A DNA stretch of 55,795 nucleotides, from contig MFIO01000008.1 in assembly GCA_001780775.1 (NCBI GenBank), positions 1 through 55,795 of the forward strand, read 5' to 3'. Origin of the DNA: Candidatus Giovannonibacteria bacterium RIFCSPLOWO2_12_FULL_43_11c. Lineage in GTDB: Bacteria > Patescibacteriota > Minisyncoccia > JACPKW01 > UBA11713. How positions within the stretch are numbered: position 1 is the first letter of the stretch; every line of letters begins with the position of its first letter. Below, piece after piece: positions 1-9,857 of the stretch. The notes beneath the pieces are model-generated. The model was given only the letters and a program-made list of their open reading frames with translations. It was not told the origin of the DNA and did not search any database. Both the position numbers and the translations under genes were made by a program.

Positions 1-1
1 A

Positions 2-652
2 CACGGGGTTATCGGAACATCAAGAAGCGGAGAAATTTCTTCTGAAGAAACTAAACCTGAGCCCGCTGTGTGGCACCGCAAATTAAAAGAGAAAAAGCAA
101 GTTACCGTAAGTTTTAATATCCAAGGCAGAAGTTTTCGCTCCGGACAAATTCACAGCAAAACTACTCCACCGCGCTTACATGAATTGTACTTGCAAGAAA
201 AAGAATATCATCACTTTTACAATGTGTGGCACAGGGGAATCTCGATTGTTTTTGATATATCAAATTTAAAAGAAATTCCACCGCAATATGTACACGAGAA
301 AAGCCATCCGAAGCCCTTCCCGCCAAAAACATTTGGTATTAGGGGGGGTAGGAGTCATCTGGTCAAAACACCAGACGAAAGAGGAAATTTATGCACAACA
401 ATCGAATATGGATTTTCTCTACAATCCAGAATCAGCCCTAGGCAAATTCGCGGAATGATATTATCTCCCCAGTATGAAAACCAGTTGAGCTTGGTTATAG
501 ACAAAATAAAAAAAAATTATGAAGAAACGTCAGAAAATTTAATACCGGCGTATAATGAATCCGGCGATCTTCTGTGGCCAAAACAAATGAGCTACGAAGA
601 AGTTAAAAGGTTTGTGGCGGAGAGGGATAAAAATAAAAAAGAGGAAAAATGA
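2..652 (+). CDS. hypothetical protein, 5' partial
   Basis: ORF 68..652 is in the track. The same frame has no stop back to nt 2, so the GTG at 68 is probably internal. No recognisable motif. Confidence 0.35.
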   Translation, partial: HGVIGTSRSGEISSEETKPEPAVWHRKLKEKKQVTVSFNIQGRSFRSGQIHSKTTPPRLHELYLQEKEYHHFYNVWHRGISIVFDISNLKEIPPQYVHEKSHPKPFPPKTFGIRGGRSHLVKTPDERGNLCTTIEYGFSLQSRISPRQIRGMILSPQYENQLSLVIDKIKKNYEETSENLIPAYNESGDLLWPKQMSYEEVKRFVAERDKNKKEEK

Positions 653-1095
653 AGAATCCAGAAAAACTAATAGTTTATACGGACGGCGGGGCGCGGGGGA
701 ATCCGGGACCTGCGGCTTTGGGCGTCGTGATTCAGGATGCCAAGGGAAACATCATAAAAAAATTTGGAGAGCGGCTCGGGATTAAAACTAATAACGAAGC
801 TGAATACAGCGCGATTATTGCGGCTTTACGGAAAATAAAAGCGCTTTACGGGAAAGAGAAAACCAAAAAAATGTTGATTGATATGAGAATGGATTCCGAA
901 TTGGCGGAAAAACAGCTGAATGGCATCTATAAAATCGAAGAGGAAAGATTATTCCCGCTTTTTATCAAAGTGTGGAATTTAAAAATGGATTTTGGGAAAA
1001 TCACCTTCTCGCACATCCCGCGCGCGCAAAATAAGAACGCCGATCAGATGGTAAATGAGGCGCTTGACGGCGATGGCGTCGCAACTCTTTTTTAA
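649..1095 (+). CDS. rnhA: ribonuclease HI-like protein
   Basis: 148 aa. N-terminal YTDGGARGNPGPAALGVVI and NNEAEYSAIIAAL are typical of RNase H type 1. ATGA overlap with the upstream ORF. Confidence 0.8.
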   Translation: MKNPEKLIVYTDGGARGNPGPAALGVVIQDAKGNIIKKFGERLGIKTNNEAEYSAIIAALRKIKALYGKEKTKKMLIDMRMDSELAEKQLNGIYKIEEERLFPLFIKVWNLKMDFGKITFSHIPRAQNKNADQMVNEALDGDGVATLF

Positions 1096-2429
1096 TGAGA
1101 AACCTCGCGATAATAGTGCTTTTCGGATTTTTTACCGGGGTCGCGTTTCGGTCATTTTTCGTTTTTGATTTAGAATTTCTAATTTTATTATTTTTTATTG
1201 CAAGTGCTCTCGGACTTATTTTTTGGCGCGGGGCTAATTTCGGATTCATTCTCATTCAAGCCGCGATATTTTTAGCAGCATTCGGCTTGGGAATTTTAAG
1301 GTATGAAATTCAGGACAATAAAGAATATATATCCGCGCTCAAGCCTGAAATAGGCCACAGCATTGAGATATCAGGAATAATAGTCGAAGATCCACAAAAA
1401 TTAGATAAATTTACTCGGGCAATTCTTAAAAAAGATGGTGTGAAGATATTATTAACCGTGCCTCATTATCCCGAAGTGAATTACGGCGATACACTGACTA
1501 TTCAAGGGAAATTCGAGGAGCCCCAAAATTTTTCTGATTTTGACTGGAAAAATTATCTCACCAAAGACGATATTTATTTTGAAATGTTTTTACCAAAAAT
1601 AACGAAACAAGAATCTGGAGGAGGATCGGCAATTAAACGGTTTCTATTTTCGGTAAAACATAAATTTTTAGATAATCTTTCGAAAGTTCTGCCCGAACCT
1701 CACAGATCCTTTTTGGCTGGCGTTACTATAGGCGAGCGGGCTTCGCTCCCGCAGAATCTCGAAGAAGATTTTAGGAACATCGGGGTAATCCATCTCGTAG
1801 TTCTTTCAGGGTATAATATTTCAATCGTTTCTGAAAATACAATCAAAGTTTTAGGTTATCTGCCAGTTGCAAAAACCGCGAGAACTATTATCGCGACCAT
1901 CGGCGTGATTCTTTTCGCGATTTTGACCGGAGGTTCGGCGACGGTCGTCCGCGCGGCGATCATGGGAATTCTTATATTATGGGCCCGCGAAACGGGAAAA
2001 ATTTATCAAGCGCTCTCGGCTCTTGTCTTCGCGGCCTTTTTGATGGTTTTAATCAATCCAAAAATTGTCCGCTTTGATGCTTCTTTCCAGCTTTCATTTT
2101 TGGCGACGGCGGGATTGATTTTTGTATCGCCGAGAATCGAGAAATACTTTTCTTGGTTTCCGAATTTTTGGAAACTACGCGAAAACCTCGTCTCAACTCT
2201 CTCGACGCAGATTTTTGTCCTACCGCTTTTAATATATTTAGGCGGCAATTTTTCATGGAGGACCATTCCAGCGAATCTTATGATTCTAAGCGCGATGCCG
2301 ATCACCATGTTTTTCGGATTTCTAACCGGCCTCGCCGGATTTACCTCGTATTATCTTTCCTGGTTTTTCGCCTGGCCCGCGTATTGGCTGCTCGCTTACG
2401 AACTTTGGGTGGTTAAAATATTTTCATAA
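1095..2429 (+). CDS. comEC: ComEC/Rec2-family DNA internalisation channel (membrane part only)
   Basis: 444 aa and polytopic. It has an N-terminal OB-like region followed by a competence-domain-like segment (HLVVLSGYNISIV, GGSATVVRAAIMG). Confidence 0.75.
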   Translation: MRNLAIIVLFGFFTGVAFRSFFVFDLEFLILLFFIASALGLIFWRGANFGFILIQAAIFLAAFGLGILRYEIQDNKEYISALKPEIGHSIEISGIIVEDPQKLDKFTRAILKKDGVKILLTVPHYPEVNYGDTLTIQGKFEEPQNFSDFDWKNYLTKDDIYFEMFLPKITKQESGGGSAIKRFLFSVKHKFLDNLSKVLPEPHRSFLAGVTIGERASLPQNLEEDFRNIGVIHLVVLSGYNISIVSENTIKVLGYLPVAKTARTIIATIGVILFAILTGGSATVVRAAIMGILILWARETGKIYQALSALVFAAFLMVLINPKIVRFDASFQLSFLATAGLIFVSPRIEKYFSWFPNFWKLRENLVSTLSTQIFVLPLLIYLGGNFSWRTIPANLMILSAMPITMFFGFLTGLAGFTSYYLSWFFAWPAYWLLAYELWVVKIFS

Positions 2430-2432
2430 AAT

Positions 2433-3284
2433 ATGAAGAAAAATTTTAAATATCTATTTATATTGATTTTGCTAATTATCGCGGTTTTGGCGTGGAATGA
2501 GGCATTCGGTCTCGGCGAAGATAAACTAAAATTTTATATGTTGGATATTGAGCAAGGGGACGCGATTTTTATAGAAACCCCATCTGGAAATCAGATTTTG
2601 GTAGATGGCGGGCCCGATCGGAGGATTTTGGAGGAATTAGGAAAGATCATGCCGTTTTACGATCGCTCAATTGATTTAATAATTTTAACTCATCCACATT
2701 TAGACCATGCTGGCGGGCTTCTCGAAGTTTTGAAAAATTATAATGTCGGGGAATTTATGGACGTAGGAGACAGCTATAATCTAGCGGAATATGGGGAATT
2801 GAAAAAACTAATAGAAGATAAAAAAATTAAATATGAAACAGTGCATCGTGGTTTAAAAATATATTTGGATAGAGAGGTAAGTCTTTTGGTTTTAACGCCG
2901 GAGAAATTGATTAAGAGCGATAATCCCCACGACAATAATGTTGTTTCGCGCCTCTCTTACGGCAAGATAGATTTTCTTTTGATGGGCGACGCGGAGAAGG
3001 GGGAAGAGCTGCGCCTTGTTCAGGAAGGCGACAATTTGGAAAGTGAAGTTTTGAAAGTCGGCCATCATGGTTCGAAGACTTCGTCCAACCCGCTTTTTCT
3101 TGAAAAAGTAAAGCCGGAATACGCTTTGATATCAGTTAGCGCTAAAAACAGATACGGCCACCCCGCACAAATTACTTTGGATAATCTTCTTGCCGCAGGC
3201 GCTAAAATCTTTCGGACCGATATAGATTCGATCATCGAATTTAAAACTGATGGAAATAGTTTGACTTTAGTCGGTGGAAAATAG
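2433..3284 (+). CDS. MBL-fold metallo-hydrolase (ComEC C-terminal-type domain encoded as a separate ORF)
   Basis: 283 aa with its own N-terminal TM helix. Contains the THPHLDHAGG metallo-beta-lactamase motif and VGHHGS. Starts 4 nt after the comEC stop. Confidence 0.75.
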   Translation: MKKNFKYLFILILLIIAVLAWNEAFGLGEDKLKFYMLDIEQGDAIFIETPSGNQILVDGGPDRRILEELGKIMPFYDRSIDLIILTHPHLDHAGGLLEVLKNYNVGEFMDVGDSYNLAEYGELKKLIEDKKIKYETVHRGLKIYLDREVSLLVLTPEKLIKSDNPHDNNVVSRLSYGKIDFLLMGDAEKGEELRLVQEGDNLESEVLKVGHHGSKTSSNPLFLEKVKPEYALISVSAKNRYGHPAQITLDNLLAAGAKIFRTDIDSIIEFKTDGNSLTLVGGK

Positions 3285-3308
3285 TATCATTTAGAATACT
3301 GATTTTAT

Positions 3309-3908
3309 TTGGAAATTATGCAAAAACTTACACAAGAAAAAACATTAGTGCTGATAAAGCCAGACGGAATTAAAAGAGGGCTCGTCGGCGAAATTATCGG
3401 ACGCATCGAACAGCGCGGCTTGAAAGTAATCGCTCTTAAGATGATCCAGGCGACCGAGGAGCAAATAGACGGGCATTATCCAAAAGACGCGGCATGGATC
3501 CGCCGCCTCGGCGAAAAATCCTTAGGCACATATAGCAAATACGGGATCAATCCTGTTAAGGAATTGGGCACTAACGACGCGGACGAGATTGGCAAGATGG
3601 TCCGATCATGGATTATGGGGTTTATGACCTCCGGCCCCATAGTTAAAATGGTTGTAGAGGGAGTGCACGCGATCGATATGGTTAGGAAGCTCTGCGGAAA
3701 CACGCTTCCAAATATGGCGGATATGGGGACGCTCCGTGGAGATTACTCCGTTGATTCTCCGGCTTTGGCTAATTCCGAAAAGCGCGCGGTGCACAATATA
3801 ATTCACGCATCGGAAAATCCGGAGGAAGCTATGCACGAGCTTTCTTATTGGTTCACTCCAGACGAAATACACGACTACAAAAGAGCGGAGGAGGACATAA
3901 TGTTTTAA
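3309..3908 (+). CDS. ndk: nucleoside-diphosphate kinase (long form)
   Basis: LVLIKPDGIKRGLVGEIIGRIEQRGLKV and NIIHASEN (active-site His). The real start may be the ATG at 3318. Confidence 0.85.
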   Translation: MEIMQKLTQEKTLVLIKPDGIKRGLVGEIIGRIEQRGLKVIALKMIQATEEQIDGHYPKDAAWIRRLGEKSLGTYSKYGINPVKELGTNDADEIGKMVRSWIMGFMTSGPIVKMVVEGVHAIDMVRKLCGNTLPNMADMGTLRGDYSVDSPALANSEKRAVHNIIHASENPEEAMHELSYWFTPDEIHDYKRAEEDIMF

Positions 3909-4199
3909 CGCCCAATTGTTCAACAGTTTATCCACTTTTTTGGTACAACATATAAACATCTTTGTTTATGAAGGTTTGTTTTTTTGAACCTAAATAAGAC
4001 ACATTCTCTCTGGTCTTGGAACTTCCAGCGTATGAATAGGGGATTATACTGAAACTTAGGATATCGTCTTAATGCTACTACACTAAATAATTCCATCAAC
4101 TAATCCTTTGTGCGTCCTAGCCCGTGGGCAGGCGCCAAGGCGAATTTTGGAGAAAAAGTAGTCTAGCAAGGGCGATATCTTTGTGTTACAATTGGAAGA

Positions 4200-4616
4200 A
4201 TGCTGAATTTGACTGTATCCGGTAGATTAATTTTTGGTGTTCTCCTGGCGATTTTTCTAGTCCATGGATGGGCCACGCTGACTGCGGCCTATTTTTATTA
4301 TTGGTGGCTGGACATAGTTATGCATATTACAGGAGGGCTTTGGGTCGGGATAATCGCTATCTATTTCATAAAAAATAAAGACATTTCTCCGTTTATAGTT
4401 TTCTGGCTTGTTTTTGGTTCCGCCACGATTACCGGTCTTTTTTGGGAATTTTTTGAATTTGCGATGTCTCACCTTCCGGGTGAATGGAGTAAATATGGAT
4501 TCATTCAACAAGGCCTTGAAGACACGCTAAGCGATATCCTATCCGATCTTATTGGCGGAATTCTTGCATTTTCCCTTTTTAAAACAACTAGAAAAAATTA
4601 TAATGATAAGCAATGA
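4200..4616 (+). CDS. hypothetical membrane protein
   Basis: 138 aa with about 4 hydrophobic helices. ATGA overlap with the next gene. Confidence 0.4.
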   Translation: MLNLTVSGRLIFGVLLAIFLVHGWATLTAAYFYYWWLDIVMHITGGLWVGIIAIYFIKNKDISPFIVFWLVFGSATITGLFWEFFEFAMSHLPGEWSKYGFIQQGLEDTLSDILSDLIGGILAFSLFKTTRKNYNDKQ

Positions 4617-5959
4617 AGATTTCTTTTTACGGCGGATCGCAAGAAGTCACAGGGTCTTGTTTTTTATTTGACTCTGGCAGGACAAAAATTATAGTTGATT
4701 GCGGTCTTTTTCAGTGCCCAAGGTTTTGTGATCTAAGATCTAGGGATCCGTTTCCATTCGACCCTAAAGATATCAAAGCGCTTTTTGTAACGCACGCGCA
4801 TATTGACCATACTGGCAGAATCCCGAAGCTTGTTAAGGAAGGATTTTCCGGAAAAATTTATTCAACGCCGCCGACAAAAGAACTCGCTCTGCTCATGCTC
4901 GAGGACAGCCTAGGCGTAATGGAGAAAGAAGCAAAGCACCATGAAGAAGATTTAATGTTCGGGTCCGAGGATATAGCTTCAGCGTTCAAACTTTGGGAAG
5001 GGATCGAATACCATAAAATAATTGAAATCGGTGATTTAAAAATACGCCTGTTGGACTCTGGGCATATCCTAGGTTCGTCTATGGTGGAAATTAATATTAA
5101 AGGTAAAAAAATAGTTTTTACGGGGGATTTAGGAAATCCGCCGACGCCTCTTCTAAATGACCCGGAGGAAGTTAAGGACGCCTCCGTCTTACTGGTAGAA
5201 TCAACTTACGGAAATCGCATCCACGATGACAAAAAAGAGAGAAAATTGAGGTTGGAAAGAATTATTGAAGATATGATACACACAAAGGGCGTTTTAATGA
5301 TTCCGGCTTTCTCGCTTGAGCGTACCCAGGAATTACTTGCGGAAATAGATGATCTTCTCGAATCGGGGAGAGTGCCCAGGGTCCCTATTTTTCTGGATTC
5401 CCCCCTTGCCATAAAAGCAACTGCGGTATATAAAAAATACGAAAATTATTTTAACATCCAAGCGCATAGGAAAATAAAATCAGGAGATGATATTTTTCGG
5501 TTCCAGGGGCTTAAATTTACGATGACCACTGAGGAATCGAAGGCTATAAACGAAGTTAAGCCGCCAAAAATCATAATCGCGGGGTCCGGCATGTCTAACG
5601 GCGGAAGAATTTTACATCACGAGAAAAGATATCTTTCCGACCCCAATTCAACTTTGCTTCTTGTCGGATACCAAGCCGCCGGTTCTTTGGGCAGGATGCT
5701 CCAGGATCACGCAGGGGAAGTTACAATACATGGCGAGAAAATTTTAGTTCACGCCAAAGTGGAAACTTTGCAAGGATATTCTTCCCATCCGGATCGCGAG
5801 CAGTTAATGGAATTCATATCAAAAAGCAAAGATACTCTGGAAAAAGTATTTGTGATCACAGGCGAGCCGGCTTCAGCGCTTTTCTTGGTCCAGCGCGTCC
5901 GCGATTATTTAGGCATTTCCACGGAAGCTCCCCGATACGGAGAAACGAAAGAAATTTAG
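4613..5959 (+). CDS. MBL-fold / beta-CASP RNA-metabolising hydrolase
   Basis: 448 aa. Has the HAHIDHTGRIP motif, ESTYG, and a C-terminal HPDREQL typical of the beta-CASP family. Confidence 0.8.
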   Translation: MKISFYGGSQEVTGSCFLFDSGRTKIIVDCGLFQCPRFCDLRSRDPFPFDPKDIKALFVTHAHIDHTGRIPKLVKEGFSGKIYSTPPTKELALLMLEDSLGVMEKEAKHHEEDLMFGSEDIASAFKLWEGIEYHKIIEIGDLKIRLLDSGHILGSSMVEINIKGKKIVFTGDLGNPPTPLLNDPEEVKDASVLLVESTYGNRIHDDKKERKLRLERIIEDMIHTKGVLMIPAFSLERTQELLAEIDDLLESGRVPRVPIFLDSPLAIKATAVYKKYENYFNIQAHRKIKSGDDIFRFQGLKFTMTTEESKAINEVKPPKIIIAGSGMSNGGRILHHEKRYLSDPNSTLLLVGYQAAGSLGRMLQDHAGEVTIHGEKILVHAKVETLQGYSSHPDREQLMEFISKSKDTLEKVFVITGEPASALFLVQRVRDYLGISTEAPRYGETKEI

Positions 5960-5980
5960 AAAATGTGCTAAAATTTATTT

Positions 5981-6556
5981 ATGAAACCTTCACCGCATTC
6001 TCATCTTAAATTCAAAATTTGCGTTTCCGGAGCCGCTGAAACGGGACATTGCGGGGATGACGCCTTAAATATTGCAAAAGAAGTCGGAAAAGAGATAGCC
6101 AGGCATAAAACGGTCTTGGTGACTGGGGCGACCACCGGCATTCCCCTCTGGGCGTGTATAGGAGCGAAAGAAGAAGGAGGCATATCAATCGGCCTTTCTC
6201 CAGCTAAAAACGAAAGAGAACATATCGAGGATTATAAACTGCCGGTGGATTATATGGACATGATTATATATACGGGATTTGGATACTCCGGGCGGAATCT
6301 TTTATTGACCCGTTCCGCTGACGCGGTAATTTTCGGGTGCGGAAGAATGGGGACTTTAAACGAATTTACCATTGCGTACGAGGACGACAAGCCGATAGGT
6401 ATCTTGATGGGTCCTTGGGAAACTGGAGACCTTTTCCGCGAGATAGTGGAAAAATCTCACCGAGGTCCTGGAAAAATTGTCTACGATTCGGATCCAAAAA
6501 CTCTGGTGGAGAAAGTATTAGAGCTTGTCCGAAAGGAGAAAATAATTGAGATATGA
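5981..6556 (+). CDS. TIGR00725 / LOG-like Rossmann-fold protein
   Basis: 191 aa. The VSGAAETG...VTGATTGIP...GGISIG...GGRMGTLNEF pattern matches the lysine-decarboxylase-like (LOG/SLOG) family. Confidence 0.55.
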   Translation: MKPSPHSHLKFKICVSGAAETGHCGDDALNIAKEVGKEIARHKTVLVTGATTGIPLWACIGAKEEGGISIGLSPAKNEREHIEDYKLPVDYMDMIIYTGFGYSGRNLLLTRSADAVIFGCGRMGTLNEFTIAYEDDKPIGILMGPWETGDLFREIVEKSHRGPGKIVYDSDPKTLVEKVLELVRKEKIIEI

Positions 6557-7668
6557 AAATCCTTGAGGGATTCGGGATTTTAGTCGGAGTAATAATCGGC
6601 GCGGGAATTTTTAGTTTGCCGTATAGCTTTTCGGCAGCTCCTCTTTTGTGGAACATATTTCTTTTTCTTGCCGTTTTTTGCTTAAGCGTTTTTTTGCATC
6701 TTCTTTTCGCCGGGATTATTTATACGACTCCGGGAAAACATCGCTTCCCGGGCTACGTCCAGATTTATCTCGGGCCGAGGGCAGAGACTATCGCGACAAT
6801 TTTTACAGCCTTAAGCTACTACGGGGCAATGCTCGCATATGGAATTCTTGGAGCGACATTTCTTCAAAATATTTTCGGGATTGATTTTTTTATTGCTGGG
6901 ATTTTATTTTTTATTCTCGGCAGCGCGCTCTTTTTCCTAACCATAGATAAAATAGGTAAAATTAATTTTTATCTTACGCTTCCTCTAGTTTGCTTTATAT
7001 TACTGATGGCGTTAAAAGTTTTTCCGGAAATACATCCAGAAAATTTTGCGATAGAAGGACGTTCATGGTTTTTGGCGTATGGAATTCTTGTTTTCGCTTT
7101 CGGGGGATATTCGGCAATCCCAGATTTAAAGGACATTTTAGGTGCGCGGAACCACTCGCTTCCTAAAAAAATTATTTTATGGAGCCTTATCGCCGCAGCT
7201 CTCATATATTTAATTTTTATTTTTGCAGTGCTTGGAGTATCCGGCAATTCTGTTTCGCCGGATGCCTTGTCCGGATTATCTGGGGCTTTGTGGAGAGGAA
7301 TTTTAACAATAGGGTCTCTCATCGGTATTTTTACGGTCTTTCGCGCGTATATCGGTTTTGGCGCGGATTTAAAGCTGACTTACAAGTATGATTACGAAAT
7401 TCGCGAAGTCAATGCCTGGTTTTTATCTTTTCTTCCTCCAATCTTACTTTTTCTTCTAGGTTTTATTGACCTCGTCCAGATATTGAGCATTGTTGGTTCT
7501 GTTGGCTTGGGAGTTTTTGCAGTCTTCCTCCTTTTAATGGCTTGGAAGAAAAGAAAGGATGTCTCTTCTTTTCTCGGGTTTAATCTTCGACCTTGGTGGC
7601 TTTTTATAATAGGCATTTTAGTAGTCTTCGGAGCGCTCCAGGATATATTTGCCGGATTTATTTTCTGA
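6553..7668 (+). CDS. polytopic permease (amino-acid transporter-like)
   Basis: 371 aa with about 10-11 TM helices and an N-terminal GAGIFSLPY-type motif. The family assignment is tentative. Confidence 0.5.
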   Translation: MKILEGFGILVGVIIGAGIFSLPYSFSAAPLLWNIFLFLAVFCLSVFLHLLFAGIIYTTPGKHRFPGYVQIYLGPRAETIATIFTALSYYGAMLAYGILGATFLQNIFGIDFFIAGILFFILGSALFFLTIDKIGKINFYLTLPLVCFILLMALKVFPEIHPENFAIEGRSWFLAYGILVFAFGGYSAIPDLKDILGARNHSLPKKIILWSLIAAALIYLIFIFAVLGVSGNSVSPDALSGLSGALWRGILTIGSLIGIFTVFRAYIGFGADLKLTYKYDYEIREVNAWFLSFLPPILLFLLGFIDLVQILSIVGSVGLGVFAVFLLLMAWKKRKDVSSFLGFNLRPWWLFIIGILVVFGALQDIFAGFIF

Positions 7669-7674
7669 AAATAA

Positions 7675-8295
7675 ATGGACAAAGAAGAATCCCTTCTCGG
7701 GCTTAAAAAAGAAATTGAGGAAAATCGCGAACTTCCACTATGCGGCGAGGCGAATTTGGTTTTCGGGGAGGGGAGCGCCGATGCGGAAGTTATGTTTATC
7801 GGAGAGGCGCCGGGTTTTCACGAGGACAAACTCGCGCGTCCTTTTGTCGGGCAGGCGGGAAAGCTTTTGGATAAATTGCTTGTGAAAATAAATTGGCCGC
7901 GCGAATCGGTTTATATAACAAATATCGTCAAGCGCCGCCCTCCAGGGAATCGCGACCCATTGCCGTCGGAGATAGATGCGTATAAGCCTTATCTGGAAAG
8001 ACAGATTAAAATAATCAATCCAAAGATAATTGCGACCTTGGGGAGATACTCCATGAATTATTTCCTGCCCGAGGCAAAAATTTCCCGCGATCACGGCGTA
8101 GCTCAATTTACGAGGGGGGGGTATCTCATTTTACCCTTATACCACCCCGCCGCCGCTCTCCGCGCGACAGCGGTACTCAAAGACCTCGAGATCGATTTCA
8201 AAAAACTCCCCGAGATCCTAAAAAATCCCCCTACCAAAAAGGAAAACTCCACAAAAAAAGAAACAGCTTCCGATACGCAGGAGAGTCTGTTTTGA
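7675..8295 (+). CDS. uracil-DNA glycosylase, family 4
   Basis: GEAPGFHED motif and the C-terminal HPAAALR motif. Confidence 0.85.
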   Translation: MDKEESLLGLKKEIEENRELPLCGEANLVFGEGSADAEVMFIGEAPGFHEDKLARPFVGQAGKLLDKLLVKINWPRESVYITNIVKRRPPGNRDPLPSEIDAYKPYLERQIKIINPKIIATLGRYSMNYFLPEAKISRDHGVAQFTRGGYLILPLYHPAAALRATAVLKDLEIDFKKLPEILKNPPTKKENSTKKETASDTQESLF

Positions 8296-8363
8296 CCCAC
8301 TACTAAATTTGCTACTTAATTAAAACTCTATCGCGCCATCTTTTAAAGTGCTAATATTATTTA

Positions 8364-9494
8364 ATGAAACGACCCACGCTTTGGGGAGCAATAATTGGGG
8401 GTGTAATAATTGCCGGTTCTGTTTATCAAGGAGCCAAAGTCCTCACCAATCCGACGGATCTGTTTTTGGTAAACATAGCTATCTTTGTACCAAATTTGTT
8501 AACGGTCGCTTTAGGCGTATTTTTAGTTGGCATTTATTTCAAAAGCAAGCAAAAAGAGGATGAAGGACAGGAGCCAATTAAATTTGCGCCAGATAGTCCC
8601 CAAGACATCGAATCTTTAGCAAAAAAGCGCAATTGGATAATTGGCTTTTTGCTTTTACTCGAAATTATTGGATCATCAGCAACTTGGATTCTGAACGACT
8701 ATGCAGCGGGATTTGCGCCCGTGAACATAAGCACCATTTTTGATGTATTGGTAAATATTTCCCTTCTTTACATCTCAATAGAATTGTTCAAAGGCAAGAG
8801 AAATGTTTTAAATCTTCTTTTTTATACCGCTATAGTTTACGCATTAGGCGCAGCCTTTGTTTATATCTGGCGCGAGCATTACTATGGCGGTGCAGTCAAC
8901 GTTTTATTTAATTTGTATATTATTTATGCAATCAAAGCCCCACTCAATCGGAAAAATTTCAGAATTGCTCACCTGGCATTTTTGCCTGTTTTTGTAATTT
9001 CATTATTTGCCGTTACCTACTTCGATAATGGGAATATTCCTGAATTAACAAAAAAAGAAATGTTGCTTGAACAGCAATTTTTGAATGATTCCAACACTTT
9101 GATTGGAACGTATCAGCTATATTTACAGAGAGAGGCCCCGGACGCAAGAGAAATTCAGGATGTTAAAGATGCAATAGAAAAGAGGGATAAAAAAAGTCAA
9201 GAGATAATTGATAACCTCCGCACCTTAAAGTCGGAGTATGAGAAGCAAATTTCCACCGTTGCCCAAAAAGAAACTTTTGAGCGCATAAAATATTTATTAG
9301 AAATGATGAATATACATCAAGCTCAGGCGCTGAAGGTTAAAGAGCTGATGGACTATTCCGAAAAAGTAAATTTTCGTAATTTATCGGACAAGCAAAAATC
9401 AGACATAAGCAATTTTAAAAAAGAAGTCGACGGCTATCTCACCCAACTTACTGACGTGCAATTCAAATTAGATAACTCAAATTTGAATTATTAG
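8364..9494 (+). CDS. hypothetical membrane protein with C-terminal coiled coil
   Basis: 376 aa with N-terminal TM helices and a charged heptad-like C-terminal third. Confidence 0.4.
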   Translation: MKRPTLWGAIIGGVIIAGSVYQGAKVLTNPTDLFLVNIAIFVPNLLTVALGVFLVGIYFKSKQKEDEGQEPIKFAPDSPQDIESLAKKRNWIIGFLLLLEIIGSSATWILNDYAAGFAPVNISTIFDVLVNISLLYISIELFKGKRNVLNLLFYTAIVYALGAAFVYIWREHYYGGAVNVLFNLYIIYAIKAPLNRKNFRIAHLAFLPVFVISLFAVTYFDNGNIPELTKKEMLLEQQFLNDSNTLIGTYQLYLQREAPDAREIQDVKDAIEKRDKKSQEIIDNLRTLKSEYEKQISTVAQKETFERIKYLLEMMNIHQAQALKVKELMDYSEKVNFRNLSDKQKSDISNFKKEVDGYLTQLTDVQFKLDNSNLNY

Positions 9495-9551
9495 TTCACA
9501 AGGAATCTCTATGAGAGGAGCACTTCTGAAGAAGGGGTGCTAATAAAAAAT

Positions 9552-9607
9552 GCTCCTGTACCAGTTCTTGGTCGTCAATGATGATGACCAAGAATCGGTA
9601 CAGGAGC
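9552..9607 (+). repeat. 56-nt near-perfect hairpin (about 26-bp stem, ATGA loop)
   Basis: GCTCCTGTACCAGTTCTTGGTCGTCA-ATGA-TGATGACCAAGAATCGGTACAGGAGC. It has one 2-nt internal mismatch and is flanked by smaller hairpins at 9519..9541 and 9616..9630. Confidence 0.6.
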
Positions 9608-9857
9608 GAATTCAATCCCGCTAAGCGGGACACTAGAGAAATAAATTGTTACTAAAGAACTAGTACGCAATTTTAGTAAAAAGCTTCTTGCCCAAGCGCT
9701 TGCGTGTGATTACTTCTTGCCCCGCATCCTTTCCCCTAGGATCGCGAAACCATTTGGCACAGGCCTTTTGACGTAAAGACTTTTTCTCAAAGTTGCTAAT
9801 TTAATGGTATCACCCTTGGCGGAAACAGCGAGTGGATAAATCTGATAGAATAAAGCT

